From Bacillales bacterium UBA4045 (GTDB lineage: Bacteria; Bacillota; Bacilli; Paenibacillales; UBA4045), in the NCBI GenBank assembly GCA_002383695.1, contig DFZX01000087.1:1-64000 (forward strand): a stretch of 64,000 bases of DNA, given 5' to 3'. Position 1 is the first letter of the stretch. Each line of letters opens with the position of its first letter. The position numbers and the translations under genes were made by a program. Under the pieces are notes generated by a model. That model was not told the origin of the DNA. It saw only the letters and a program-made list of their open reading frames with translations, and did no database searches. Below, in pieces: positions 18,975 through 29,059 of this stretch.

Positions 18975-19841
18975 TTATTGTGAAACCGGTACTGCATTGT
19001 AATATTCTTCTAGAGTAAGCTGTTTTTCTGCAATTTCTTGTGCAATTGTTATTCCTACATAACGCATGTGCCAAGGTTCATACTTATATCCCGTTATATC
19101 CTGCTTCCCTTCAGGGTAACGAACAATAAATCCATATTCTGCTGCATGCTCAGCGAGCCAAGCAGCCTCCTTCGTATCACCGAAGCAATCATTGGCCGCA
19201 CATTTACCATCGCCACCTGTTACATCAATTGCAAGTCCGGTCTCATGCTCGCTATGGCCGGGTACAGCGCTATAAGTCATCGCTTTAGCCTCTCCATCTC
19301 GTTTAACATATCGTTCGAACAGAGCCTTCTGTGTGGCGTTAGAACGATACGCGGACACACCGAGTAAGACGATCTGATCTTCGGCTGCTCCAGCGAACAT
19401 GTTCTCTACAGCCTCCGCAGCTTCTTTGCGAAGCTTACGTTTATCTATTAGCTCAGAGAATATAAATTTTACATCGGGATATACGAGTTCTTCCGGCTTA
19501 TAATCCTCAGGTAGTGAAAATTGTTTATTGACTAGTACTGTTATAGCTTCAGGCTCTGCGATAACCTGAACGGAATCACCATTGCCTACAGGCTTCTCTT
19601 CAACTACAGCATCTACTGGTTCCTTTACTTCCTCTGGTGGCACTATTGTCGGAGGCTCTGGTTTTACATCCTCCTCAACCTCTAAGGGGAGGATCGTCTC
19701 ATCCACAGGCTTATCTGGAACAGGGGTAATTGGTGCTTCTACTTGATCATTAATAGGTGTGTTAGTAGTATCCCCACCACAAGCTGTTAATAGTACGATA
19801 GAGATCGTTATGCAAGTAAGCAGTGTGGTCAATTGTCGCAA
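18975..19841 (-). CDS. M15B (VanY-type) D-alanyl-D-alanine carboxypeptidase lipoprotein with a Pro/Glu-rich linker
   Basis: Lipobox 'LLTAC'. 'SAVPGHSEHETGLAIDV' and 'EPWHMRY' are Zn-ligand motifs of VanY/M15. Confidence 0.8.
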   Translation of the reverse strand: MRQLTTLLTCITISIVLLTACGGDTTNTPINDQVEAPITPVPDKPVDETILPLEVEEDVKPEPPTIVPPEEVKEPVDAVVEEKPVGNGDSVQVIAEPEAITVLVNKQFSLPEDYKPEELVYPDVKFIFSELIDKRKLRKEAAEAVENMFAGAAEDQIVLLGVSAYRSNATQKALFERYVKRDGEAKAMTYSAVPGHSEHETGLAIDVTGGDGKCAANDCFGDTKEAAWLAEHAAEYGFIVRYPEGKQDITGYKYEPWHMRYVGITIAQEIAEKQLTLEEYYNAVPVSQ

Positions 19842-19880
19842 GAATATCTCCTCATCTCTTTTTCTATGATCTTAATCCAA

Positions 19881-20990
19881 TCAAACGTTATTATCGGGGG
19901 GATAACACAGTATTACATCTAATCGTTGTTCGCTAGTTCGTTCCCAGATCAACTCCGTCACATCAGCAGGAATAAACCATTGGTTGGACTGGCTGATAGG
20001 GAATGTTTGACCATCATAGTGTATGATTCCTGCTCCTGATAGGATAACAGCAATGACGAATGTGCCAGTTCCATTGGTTTGATAACGACCACTAACTTCA
20101 ATTCGGGACATTGTAAATCGATCGGTATCTTCATTGTTAATTAATGAGAATAGTTTGCCTCCTGTAGCTTCATTCAACAGCCGAGGCTGCTTCTTCCACT
20201 TAGCTAACATCTCTTCCATAGACATGGTTTCATAATGAAACGCATCTAACATTCGATCGAATCCAATTCCGAGATGGCATGCCAGATCAGGTACAATATG
20301 CCCCCTAGGTGTCACCCGTTCGACACGAAGGGTATAGTCCGTAGGCTCCTGGATTTCGATCAGAAAACACCCAATGCCAATGGCATGCGGCACCCCACCC
20401 TCTACTAGAAAGATATCTCCAGCTTGAACATTCACACGGTGTAGGCAATCTAGCATTGCAGGAATATCCTGTCTTTCGAATAGATCCTGCCAATGAGCTT
20501 TGGTTATTCCCGGCTTAAATCCAAGTAATACAGAAGGCTTCTCGCCATCTATTTCTCTGCCTCCAATAACGAGCCAAGCTTCAGTTTTACCGAAATTAGA
20601 CTGGAACACTTCCTTGGCAAATTGTCGATCTGGATGCACTTGAATCGTTAAACGTTCTCCTGCATCCAACGCCTTAACTAATACAGCTGTCTGTGAACCA
20701 TATATGCTGGTATGATGGATTCCCAAATACCGCACAGGATCACTTTCAATCCGATCCTTAAGTGAAATGGATAATTGCTCTTCACATTCAATCAGACTTA
20801 AACCTTCTATGATGTGTTCTCTACCCACGTTACGGGCTTGGATCGTTGAAGCGATCCACTCTTCAGGAAATGAGCTGTCCTCCCTACCACCCATGCCTTG
20901 CCAGGATTCTAAGTTACGTCCCCCGGAATATGTTCTCCAGACACGATTACTCCGTAAACGAAGCGGGAATAGTTGCTTATCCAGACTCAT
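19881..20990 (-). CDS. Class I mannose-6-phosphate isomerase family (cupin)
   Basis: 'KTEAWLVIGG', 'QAGDIFLVEGGVPHAIG' and 'YTLRVERV' align with B. subtilis ManA/Pmi motifs. Confidence 0.65.
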   Translation of the reverse strand: MSLDKQLFPLRLRSNRVWRTYSGGRNLESWQGMGGREDSSFPEEWIASTIQARNVGREHIIEGLSLIECEEQLSISLKDRIESDPVRYLGIHHTSIYGSQTAVLVKALDAGERLTIQVHPDRQFAKEVFQSNFGKTEAWLVIGGREIDGEKPSVLLGFKPGITKAHWQDLFERQDIPAMLDCLHRVNVQAGDIFLVEGGVPHAIGIGCFLIEIQEPTDYTLRVERVTPRGHIVPDLACHLGIGFDRMLDAFHYETMSMEEMLAKWKKQPRLLNEATGGKLFSLINNEDTDRFTMSRIEVSGRYQTNGTGTFVIAVILSGAGIIHYDGQTFPISQSNQWFIPADVTELIWERTSEQRLDVILCYPPDNNV

Positions 20991-21050
20991 ACGCTGTGCC
21001 CCCTACATATAAGACTCTCTTTCATCTATTAATGTTACACGCTAACAACA

Positions 21051-21090
21051 ACAAAAACCGTACAACCACAATGAATGCGTTGTGCGGCTT
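21051..21090 (-). terminator. Terminator of the miaB-ricA operon
   Basis: ccgtacaac/gttgtgcgg stem with a T5 run on the minus-strand transcript. Confidence 0.5.
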
Positions 21091-21122
21091 TTGGGGAACT
21101 CCTACAATAAACATGATCGTAA

Positions 21123-21599
21123 TTAATCAGCGCAATTACTAGTTGAAACAACTGTTTCTGTATCCATAGCTATCTTCTCCGATACAGTATCACGGATAAT
21201 TCCAATAACGAGCTGGAGCAAATAATTTATATCCTCTTGTGATTGTTTAAATTCATTAACAACGGGATACTCATTTAATTGTTGCTCTAGCTCTTCGATT
21301 TCCTTTTCAATTTTATCTACCATAGTTTGATTCTTGAAGTGTTCAAAGCCAACTATTTCCTTCTGTTTTTTCTTGATTCGTTTAATGATTTCCTGCACTT
21401 CCGTATGATTATTCACTTTTAATTCAGCTTTTTGGTAAATTTGCACTTCGTCTGCTGTTGTAAGCGTCTCTGCTAATTCCTTGGCTTTCAATAGGATATC
21501 TTCACGTACAATGACTTCCGTACTCGTAAAGCTTGGGACAGCACACTGGTTGTCCTGCTGCTGATGATGGGACACTTCTATCACGCTCCTATTCAACAT
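21123..21599 (-). CDS. ricA: RicA (YmcA), regulatory iron-sulfur complex subunit
   Basis: Com_YlbF-like helical protein directly downstream of miaB, as in B. subtilis ymcB-ymcA. C-terminal 'TSNCAD' Cys. Confidence 0.7.
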   Translation of the reverse strand: MLNRSVIEVSHHQQQDNQCAVPSFTSTEVIVREDILLKAKELAETLTTADEVQIYQKAELKVNNHTEVQEIIKRIKKKQKEIVGFEHFKNQTMVDKIEKEIEELEQQLNEYPVVNEFKQSQEDINYLLQLVIGIIRDTVSEKIAMDTETVVSTSNCAD

Positions 21600-21605
21600 T
21601 CTATA

Positions 21606-23159
21606 TTATACGACTGCTGTCGTTGGTTCTAATATCCAGTTACCGTTCAAAAACCAGGTATGCATATCTGTTATCTCAACCTGTACAACAGAGCCACATA
21701 AACGCTCTGGTCCGGCAAAATGGACTAGCTTATTCGTCCGCGTCCTACCACTCAGCATCTCATTGTTGTTCTTACTAACTCCCTCAACGAGCACCTCAAC
21801 GACTTGACCTAAGCAAGCCTCATTACTCTTCAAGCTCATCTCTTTAATTAACTCATTCAATCGATATAGTCGTTCTTTCTTCACTTGCTCTGGAATATTA
21901 TCCTCCATATCTGCAGCAGGGGTTCCAGCTCTAGGCGAATAGATAAAGCTAAAAGCGAAGGCGATTCCAGCCTCTCTTACAAGCGTCATTGTATCTTCAA
22001 ATTGCTCATCTGTTTCACCAGGAAATCCAACAATAATATCTGACGTTATTAAGCTATGGGGAATAGCTTTCTTAATTTTGCGAACTAGCTCCATATATTG
22101 CTCGCGAGAATATTTGCGACTCATCTTCTTAAGTATCTCTGTACTACCAGACTGTACAGGAAGATGAATATGCTCTACCAGATTACCACCCTTAGCTAAA
22201 ACCTCGATAAGATGATCATCGAAATCTCGTGGATGGGATGTGGTAAATCGAACGCGAGGAATATCAATCTTACGCATATCTTCCATTAAATCTCCGAATC
22301 GATAGGTGATATCATCGAAATCCTTGCCATAAGCATTCACATTCTGACCTAGCAAGGTAACCTCTTGAAAGCCTTGTCGAGCTAATTCCCTTACCTCAGC
22401 GATCACATCCTGCGGACGGCGACTTCGCTCCTTACCTCGCGTGAAGGGTACGATACAATAGGTACAGAATTTATCGCAGCCATACATGATATTAACCCAT
22501 GCTTTCATACCTTCACGTTTGATCGGTAAATTCTCAATAATATTGCCTTCCTTGGACCATACCTCGACGACCATTTCTTTGCTGAAATAGGCTTCCTGAA
22601 GCAGAGCTGGTAAGCGATGTATATTGTGAGTACCGAAGATCATATCGACATGGTCATGTCTCTGAAGAATTCTATGAACAACTGATTCCTCCTGTGACAT
22701 ACAGCCACATACACCGATAATTAAACCTGGTCGCTGTAGCTTCAACGGCTTGAGATGACCAAGCTCACCGAACACCTTGTCCTCTGCATTCTCACGAATC
22801 GCACATGTATTAAGAAGTATGACATCCGCTTGCTCTCTGGATTCCGTTGATTGATAACCCAATTCCTCAAGCAAGCCTCTCATCGTTTCTGTATCGTGCT
22901 CGTTCATTTGACATCCATAGGTCGTTATTAAATAAAATTTTCCTGTCCCGAAGTTTTTCATGTCCTCGGGTATGTGATAGTCATAATGGACTTCTATCTC
23001 ATTCTTACCTCTCGTCTTACCATCCTTATAATCAGGTGAAGAATGAACATGAACCTCACGACCATTAAGTCTAAATTTAGTATGATTTTCATCTTGCTCT
23101 CGTAGCTTAAAGGAGCCATTGAAATATTGGGAATAGTCCTTCGCATCCTTACTCATCAC
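21606..23159 (-). CDS. miaB: tRNA-i6A37 methylthiotransferase MiaB (radical SAM)
   Basis: UPF0004 N-terminal domain 'YGCQMNEHD', radical-SAM 'CDKFCTYC', TRAM C-terminus. Confidence 0.9.
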   Translation of the reverse strand: MMSKDAKDYSQYFNGSFKLREQDENHTKFRLNGREVHVHSSPDYKDGKTRGKNEIEVHYDYHIPEDMKNFGTGKFYLITTYGCQMNEHDTETMRGLLEELGYQSTESREQADVILLNTCAIRENAEDKVFGELGHLKPLKLQRPGLIIGVCGCMSQEESVVHRILQRHDHVDMIFGTHNIHRLPALLQEAYFSKEMVVEVWSKEGNIIENLPIKREGMKAWVNIMYGCDKFCTYCIVPFTRGKERSRRPQDVIAEVRELARQGFQEVTLLGQNVNAYGKDFDDITYRFGDLMEDMRKIDIPRVRFTTSHPRDFDDHLIEVLAKGGNLVEHIHLPVQSGSTEILKKMSRKYSREQYMELVRKIKKAIPHSLITSDIIVGFPGETDEQFEDTMTLVREAGIAFAFSFIYSPRAGTPAADMEDNIPEQVKKERLYRLNELIKEMSLKSNEACLGQVVEVLVEGVSKNNNEMLSGRTRTNKLVHFAGPERLCGSVVQVEITDMHTWFLNGNWILEPTTAVV

Positions 23160-23282
23160 TGCACCTACTTTCTATCAGAACAGGTTCTAATATCATTGAT
23201 AAAACATCAGTGTAAATTATAACATGATTCCCTGATGATATCCATGCTAAGGGCAGCTAAGGAATACTGCTAATTATGTAGC

Positions 23283-23855
23283 TTAACGAAGGATTTCCCC
23301 TAGATCACCCGTAGCTGCTCCTGAAGCATTAGCTTCATCGGTATCGATATGCATGTCTAGCTTGAATTGATCACTAACTCGAGCTAACACATGATCTAAT
23401 ATCATTCCTCGCTCACCTGACAAACGAACTTTAACAAATTCTTTGTCGACAATGCCCCATTTCTTAGCATCATCCGTGTGGAAATGAATATGCCTAGCTG
23501 CAACAATAACTCCTCGATCAATGGTTATCTCACCAACGGGTCCTACTAGACGAATACCAGGTGTCCCCTCTATATGGCCAGATTGTCTTAAAGGTGGGTT
23601 TAAGCCAAGTGTGAACGCATCTGTACGGGATATCTCAAGCTGCGTAACCCCTCTTGCTGGACCTAAGATACGAACCTTATCAAACTTCCCTTTAGTACCA
23701 TAGACAGCAACCGTTTCCTCAGCTGCAAATTGATTAGGCTGTGACAGAGGCTTTAACTGCTTTAATTCATAACCGGAACCAAATAATACTTCAATATGCT
23801 CTGGAGATAGATGAAGATGTCTTGCGGAAACGCCAATTGGGACCATCATTGTCAT
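23283..23855 (-). CDS. pduL: PduL-type phosphate acyl (propanoyl) transferase
   Basis: Two PduL repeats. 'GVSARHLHLS', 'VRILGP', 'EISRTDA', 'GTPGIRLVGP' and 'MHIDTDEANA' all align with Salmonella PduL. No N-terminal encapsulation peptide. Confidence 0.8.
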   Translation of the reverse strand: MTMMVPIGVSARHLHLSPEHIEVLFGSGYELKQLKPLSQPNQFAAEETVAVYGTKGKFDKVRILGPARGVTQLEISRTDAFTLGLNPPLRQSGHIEGTPGIRLVGPVGEITIDRGVIVAARHIHFHTDDAKKWGIVDKEFVKVRLSGERGMILDHVLARVSDQFKLDMHIDTDEANASGAATGDLGEILR

Positions 23856-23960
23856 TGAAAAATCGCTCCTTCATTTCTAATTGTAAACCTAACCTATCTT
23901 ATCAATTTCGAGAAAAAGGACATGTGAGTATAATCACATGTCCTTAAATTGATTCATTAC

Positions 23961-24827
23961 CTATTTAAACTCAGAAACTAAATATTTGAACTGCTCTTCA
24001 GATAATTTAAGATCTTGATTAGCAATGCCCTGATCTTTAAAGCCAGGTATTAGCTCTTGATAGCTCTTCCGACTCTTATCCTGGTAAACAAGTCCGCATA
24101 ACATTCCGTCTGTCTCCATGAGCTTCGTCATAGCCTGAATTCGATTAGAGGAATCATAATCTGGGATATCCTCTGTGTTAACAATGTGCTCCTTAAACCA
24201 GTCATACGTATTAAATTTATTGAAAGTTACACAAGGACTGAATACATTGATTAGCGAGAAGCCCTTATGATTTAAACCAGCTTCAATCAGCTCAGTTAAT
24301 TGCTTTAGGTTACTTGAGAAGGATTGAGCGATGAATGTAGCACCTGCTGACAGGGCAACCTCAAGTGGAGCTAACGGCGCTTCAATCGTTCCTGCTGGTG
24401 TACTCTTCGTTTTGAAGCCCTCGGCGCTTCTTGGAGAAGCCTGCCCTTTCGTTAGTCCGTAGATTTGATTATCCATAACAATATAGGTGATATCAATATT
24501 CCGACGGATAGCATGAATCGTATGACCCATACCTATAGCAAAGCCATCTCCATCACCACCAGAGGCGATAACGGTTAATTCACGATTAGCCATCTTAACA
24601 CCTTGTGCAATGGGAAGAGACCGACCATGAATACCGTGTAGACCATATGCATTAACATAACCAGATATTCGTCCAGAGCAACCAATTCCACTTACGATTG
24701 CAAGGTTATGTGGCTCTAACCCTACATTCGCCGAAGCTCTCTGGATTGCTGCTTGTACAGAGAAATCTCCGCAGCCAGGGCACCAATTGGGTTTAACCTT
24801 ATTTCTAAATTCTTTGAATGTTGCCAT
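23961..24827 (-). CDS. korB: 2-oxoacid:ferredoxin oxidoreductase beta subunit (TPP-binding)
   Basis: 'NWCPGCGDF' and 'GDGDGFAIG' TPP motifs. The true start is the internal ATG (MATFKEF), preceded by GGGGGTG, one nt after the korA stop. Confidence 0.85.
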   Translation of the reverse strand: MATFKEFRNKVKPNWCPGCGDFSVQAAIQRASANVGLEPHNLAIVSGIGCSGRISGYVNAYGLHGIHGRSLPIAQGVKMANRELTVIASGGDGDGFAIGMGHTIHAIRRNIDITYIVMDNQIYGLTKGQASPRSAEGFKTKSTPAGTIEAPLAPLEVALSAGATFIAQSFSSNLKQLTELIEAGLNHKGFSLINVFSPCVTFNKFNTYDWFKEHIVNTEDIPDYDSSNRIQAMTKLMETDGMLCGLVYQDKSRKSYQELIPGFKDQGIANQDLKLSEEQFKYLVSEFK

Positions 24828-24828
24828 C

Positions 24829-26562
24829 CTACAGCACCCCCTTGCTTTGTTCGTAAATTTCTTTCGGTAGGAATGGATTTCCATCATACTTAAGTATGTG
24901 ATGCATCTTTTCACTGAATCCTGCATGTAGCTTTATCTGAGAAGCCAATTGGCCTGTTGCATTATTCTCAACAACAACAATATGCTTAGCATTTGCAAGA
25001 TATGGCTTGATTTGTTCAGCCGGGAAAGGATGGATTAATCGGACTGTAATGTGATTACTTGTAATTCCATCTTTCGTTAATCTTGATCTAGCTTCATCAA
25101 TTGTTCCTCCTGTTGAGCCCATACCAATTATAAGTAAGTCAGGTTGGTCATGAGGAGCATCCACTAATATCGGATTTGTAACAACCAAATTGTCAAGCTT
25201 ATGCAGTCGTTTATCCATCATCTGTTTGCGATTAATTGAGCTTTCAGACGGGCGTCCCTCTTGGTCATGCTCTACACCTGTAACGTGATGTATGCCATTC
25301 AACTGTCCTGGAATTGAACGCACAGAAACTCCATCATCCGTCAATTTGTAACGAAGGAATAGCTTATCCTCCAACGGTGGGAGATCGCTATTCACAAGCT
25401 TCCCGCGGTCAATAGATATTCGATTATAATCTAGTACATCCGATGTCTGTTTTCCTAATGAAAGCTGTAAATCCGTCATCAGAATAACAGGTACCTGATA
25501 TTGGTCAGCTAGGTTAAACGCTTCTATCGTGTCATAGAAACATTCCTCGATTGTACTCGGTGAAAGAACAATCTTCGGTATTTCACCATGAGTACCATAA
25601 ACCATGGCATTCAGGTCACTCTGCTCTTGCTTAGTCGGTAGCCCCGTGCTTGGTCCTCCTCGTTGTGTATCAACGATTACTACGGGTGTTTCGGTTATAC
25701 CCGATAAACCAATGGCCTCTGTCATCAAGGATAAACCAGGACCAGAGGAAGCTGTTAACGCACGTGCTCCCGCATAGTTGGCACCAATAGCCATAGTAAC
25801 GGCTGCAATTTCATCTTCTGTTTGTATAACTGTTCCGCCAAGGCTTGGTAATTTCTTAATTAGATACTCCATGATTTCAGAGGCTGGTGTAATCGGATAA
25901 GCTGGCATAAACCGACAGCCTGCTGCAACTGCACCAAGAGCAATCGCATCATTACCAATAATGAACAACTTCTGCTCTCCATCGGGAGGTAATAAGCTAA
26001 ATGCTTCTAACGGTCCACCAGCTTCATCAAGAACAAACTGAGCTCCTCTTCGAACAGCTTCAATATTCTTCTCAACAATGGATGCACCTTTACGTCCATA
26101 TTCTTCTTCAACTGCTTTGTTGAATACATCTAAGGGTAGTCCCAATAATGCCCAAGAGGCACCTGAAGCAGCCATATTCTTGAATAAGGAGGTTCCTAGC
26201 TCTTCAGCAATGGCTGTTATCGGAACAGCAAATAAACGAGCTTCTATGTTATCGGGCAATACTGGATTAAATTTAGCGTCTGCAACAACTACTCCACCAG
26301 GACGAAGCTCATGTGCGTTCAGATCAATCGTCTCTTGGTCAAATGCAACAAGAATGTCTAAATCGTCAGAAATTGCTCGAATTGGATGTGTACTAATACG
26401 GATTTTGTTATTCGTATGTCCACCTTTAATACGTGAAGAGAAATGCCGATACCCGTATAAATAATAGCCTAAACGATTTAATGATGTGGAGAAAATCCGA
26501 TCTGTGCTTTCGACGCCTTCTCCTTGTTGCCCACCGATTTTCCAAGATAATTGACTAATCAC
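24829..26562 (-). CDS. korA: 2-oxoacid:ferredoxin oxidoreductase alpha subunit
   Basis: 577 aa with PFOR domains I and III. Tightly coupled to korB. Confidence 0.85.
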   Translation of the reverse strand: MISQLSWKIGGQQGEGVESTDRIFSTSLNRLGYYLYGYRHFSSRIKGGHTNNKIRISTHPIRAISDDLDILVAFDQETIDLNAHELRPGGVVVADAKFNPVLPDNIEARLFAVPITAIAEELGTSLFKNMAASGASWALLGLPLDVFNKAVEEEYGRKGASIVEKNIEAVRRGAQFVLDEAGGPLEAFSLLPPDGEQKLFIIGNDAIALGAVAAGCRFMPAYPITPASEIMEYLIKKLPSLGGTVIQTEDEIAAVTMAIGANYAGARALTASSGPGLSLMTEAIGLSGITETPVVIVDTQRGGPSTGLPTKQEQSDLNAMVYGTHGEIPKIVLSPSTIEECFYDTIEAFNLADQYQVPVILMTDLQLSLGKQTSDVLDYNRISIDRGKLVNSDLPPLEDKLFLRYKLTDDGVSVRSIPGQLNGIHHVTGVEHDQEGRPSESSINRKQMMDKRLHKLDNLVVTNPILVDAPHDQPDLLIIGMGSTGGTIDEARSRLTKDGITSNHITVRLIHPFPAEQIKPYLANAKHIVVVENNATGQLASQIKLHAGFSEKMHHILKYDGNPFLPKEIYEQSKGVL

Positions 26563-26758
26563 CCGTGTACACTCCTTTGAATTGTGTAAATCCGATTCTA
26601 TTCTCTAATTTGTAACAAAGTTATAAAAGTTTCTTTTCAATGTCATATTAAATCTTATGACTAAAGACGTATAAAAGCAAGTGTTTTGGTTCTAAATGGT
26701 TATAGTTATTTTAGATGGAACTCATATCAATATTAGATAGGTATGAATACAAATGAAC

Positions 26759-27688
26759 TCAAATATTTTGATATATAAATCTGAACCAATTTTTGAACAG
26801 CCATTTTTCAACTTCTATCTCGTCATAGCGCTGTAAAAGGATATGCTTGAGGTTAACATATTGACCAGGATGCTCCAATCCAACGATCCACTCATCTATA
26901 CCATCAAAGTCAGATCCGAACGTAAGATGGTCTGTACCTCCGCATTCACAAATATAATCGATATGCCTAAGTAGATCTTCAATGATAACGGGATTATTCT
27001 TACTAACAAAGAATGGAACGAAGGTTAACCCGATGCAACCCCCAACCCGAATAATTTCAAGTATTTGATCCTTCTTTAAATTCCGTGGATGCTGACAAAT
27101 ATCGAACACATTAGAATGTGAGACATAGAATGGTCTCTTTGCCATGGCAGCCACTTCCCAGAACCCTGCTTCCGATAAATGCGATACATCTATTAGAATG
27201 CCCAACTTCTCACATTCTTTAACAAGCTGTCTACCGATTATTGTTAAACCGCCGCCTCGCGGCTCTCCAACTCCATCTGCTGCCCAATTTGCGTGATTCC
27301 ATGTCAACCCAACAGCCCTAAGTCCTAAGCGGTGTAATGTACGCAAATACATGAAATCCCCCATCAATCCATCCACACCTTCAAGTGTGAGCAAGGCTCC
27401 AATTTGGGATCCAGTTAATAAGGAATCCATATCCGCTCGAGTACGTATAGGTAGAATATGTTGATTGTTCAGAATATGCTGTTCATACAGATCGACTGAC
27501 TTAAGAATGGATTGAAATCCTGTCGCAATCCATTCTCTGGGTATATATATGGCGAAGCACTGGAGCTTAATATTAGCTGCTTGAAGTCTGGGTAGGGTGA
27601 CATCTAATACCGATGAATCATAGAAATCTGCTTGCTGATTCTTAAGTAATTTACTAATCACATCACAATGGCCATCAATAATAAACAT
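26759..27688 (-). CDS. Membrane dipeptidase, peptidase family M19
   Basis: 'IIDGHCD', 'HLSEAGF' and 'SHSN' M19 motifs. Start chosen at MFIIDGH, after GAGGAGG. Confidence 0.75.
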   Translation of the reverse strand: MFIIDGHCDVISKLLKNQQADFYDSSVLDVTLPRLQAANIKLQCFAIYIPREWIATGFQSILKSVDLYEQHILNNQHILPIRTRADMDSLLTGSQIGALLTLEGVDGLMGDFMYLRTLHRLGLRAVGLTWNHANWAADGVGEPRGGGLTIIGRQLVKECEKLGILIDVSHLSEAGFWEVAAMAKRPFYVSHSNVFDICQHPRNLKKDQILEIIRVGGCIGLTFVPFFVSKNNPVIIEDLLRHIDYICECGGTDHLTFGSDFDGIDEWIVGLEHPGQYVNLKHILLQRYDEIEVEKWLFKNWFRFIYQNI

Positions 27689-27731
27689 GAGAATAATCGC
27701 CTCCTCTAGGGTAAAGGGACACAAAAAAACC

Positions 27732-27768
27732 TATTTACTTTAAAAGCAAGTAAACAGGCTATCATTCC
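27732..27768 (-). terminator. spoVS terminator
   Basis: cctatttactt/aagtaaacagg stem plus a T7 run on the minus-strand transcript. Confidence 0.55.
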
Positions 27769-27801
27769 TTTTGATACAGAGCGTTCTCTTTTCTGGTCGT
27801 T

Positions 27802-28059
27802 TCAGCGTGGTTCTACAATTATTTTGATAGCAGTCCGGTCTTCTCCATCGATTTTGATATCTGTAAAGGCTGGAATACATATGAGGTCTACTCCACTAGG
27901 GGCTACAAATCCACGAGCAATTGCCACTGCTTTAATCGCTTGATTGAGAGCTCCTGCACCAATTGCTTGCATCTCAGCTGTACCGCGTTCTCTTAAAACG
28001 CCTGCTAATGCACCTGCAACAGAGTTGGGATTGGATTTTGCCGAAACCTTTAATATGTC
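27802..28059 (-). CDS. spoVS: Stage V sporulation protein S
   Basis: Near-identical to B. subtilis SpoVS (VLKVSAKS.PNSVAGALAGVLRERG...). Start is GTG, 4 nt after GGAGGT. The upstream ATG in the track ORF adds a non-conserved extension. Confidence 0.9.
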   Translation of the reverse strand, partial: DILKVSAKSNPNSVAGALAGVLRERGTAEMQAIGAGALNQAIKAVAIARGFVAPSGVDLICIPAFTDIKIDGEDRTAIKIIVEPR

Positions 28060-28174
28060 CACACGTGTACCTCCTCGAGTATAACGGAATGCAACCACTA
28101 CTAGTGATACATATTCGAGGAATAGAAATTAATTCCTTCATCCTAAAAAACAAACCCGAGGAAAAAACGATCAT

Positions 28175-28984
28175 TTAATCTAATACCCATTCATCTTCAG
28201 ATTGTCGAACAAGCTGGATCTGAGTAGATAATCCCGTAGTTTCATCCACATCGATCAATACCGCATGAAATTGCCATTTTCCTTCATCGACAACAAATCG
28301 ACTTGGAAGCTCCGATCTAAACTTCAACAAGACTGCTTCACGTTCCATACCTAGCACACCGTCTCTTGGACCTACCATACCTACATCAGATATATAAGCT
28401 GTCCCCTGAGGCAATATTCGTTCATCATGTGTCTGGACATGAGTATGCGTACCCACGACCGCAGATACCCTTCCATCAAGATGCCACCCCATACTGATCT
28501 TCTCTGAAGTTGCTTCAGCATGAAAATCAACGAGTATACACTTGATCTCCTTGTGCCATTCCTCTAGAATAGCATCCACTGCTCGGAATGGATCATCCAT
28601 AGGCTGCATATAGGTTCGTCCTATCGCATTAATTAGACCAAGCTCCTTCTTCCCATTACGAACAATGGTATGCCCTCTTCCAGGCATCCCTGGTGAATAA
28701 TTCAATGGGCGAATTAAACGTGGTTCATCGTCAATAAATTCAAAGATATCTTTATTACCCCAAGTATGATTACCCATTGTAATGCCATGAACACCTAGCT
28801 CGAACAATTCCCGGACAATCTTATGAGTTATCCCTCTCCCTGCGGCAGAATTCTCACCATTAGCTATAATAAAATCAGGATTAAACTTCGTTTTTAGTCT
28901 CGGCAATACTTCTTTGATTGCTCTTCGACCTACGCCACCTACAATATCGCCTATAAATAATATTCGAATGTTCATTCTCTCCAA
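28175..28984 (-). CDS. ymdB: YmdB, 2',3'-cyclic-nucleotide phosphodiesterase (TIGR00282 metallophosphoesterase)
   Basis: 'ILFIGDIVG', 'GENSAAGRGIT', 'GNHTW'. Lies downstream of rny as in B. subtilis. Confidence 0.9.
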   Translation of the reverse strand: MERMNIRILFIGDIVGGVGRRAIKEVLPRLKTKFNPDFIIANGENSAAGRGITHKIVRELFELGVHGITMGNHTWGNKDIFEFIDDEPRLIRPLNYSPGMPGRGHTIVRNGKKELGLINAIGRTYMQPMDDPFRAVDAILEEWHKEIKCILVDFHAEATSEKISMGWHLDGRVSAVVGTHTHVQTHDERILPQGTAYISDVGMVGPRDGVLGMEREAVLLKFRSELPSRFVVDEGKWQFHAVLIDVDETTGLSTQIQLVRQSEDEWVLD

Positions 28985-29007
28985 TCTAATATAATCAACT
29001 AAAATAC

Positions 29008-29045
29008 GAAAAAAAGAGAAGTGGCATATGATCAGCCACTTCTCT
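29008..29045 (-). terminator. Intra-operon terminator/attenuator between rny and ymdB
   Basis: agagaagtggc/gccacttctct 11-bp perfect stem, followed by a T7 run on the minus-strand transcript. Confidence 0.65.
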
Positions 29046-29059
29046 TCAGTATTACATAA

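Noticed and set aside
24829-24926. Apparent 98-nt overlap between korA and korB
   Set aside because: This is an artefact of taking the longest ORF. korB starts at the internal ATG (24827), preceded by GGGGGTG, one nucleotide after the korA stop.
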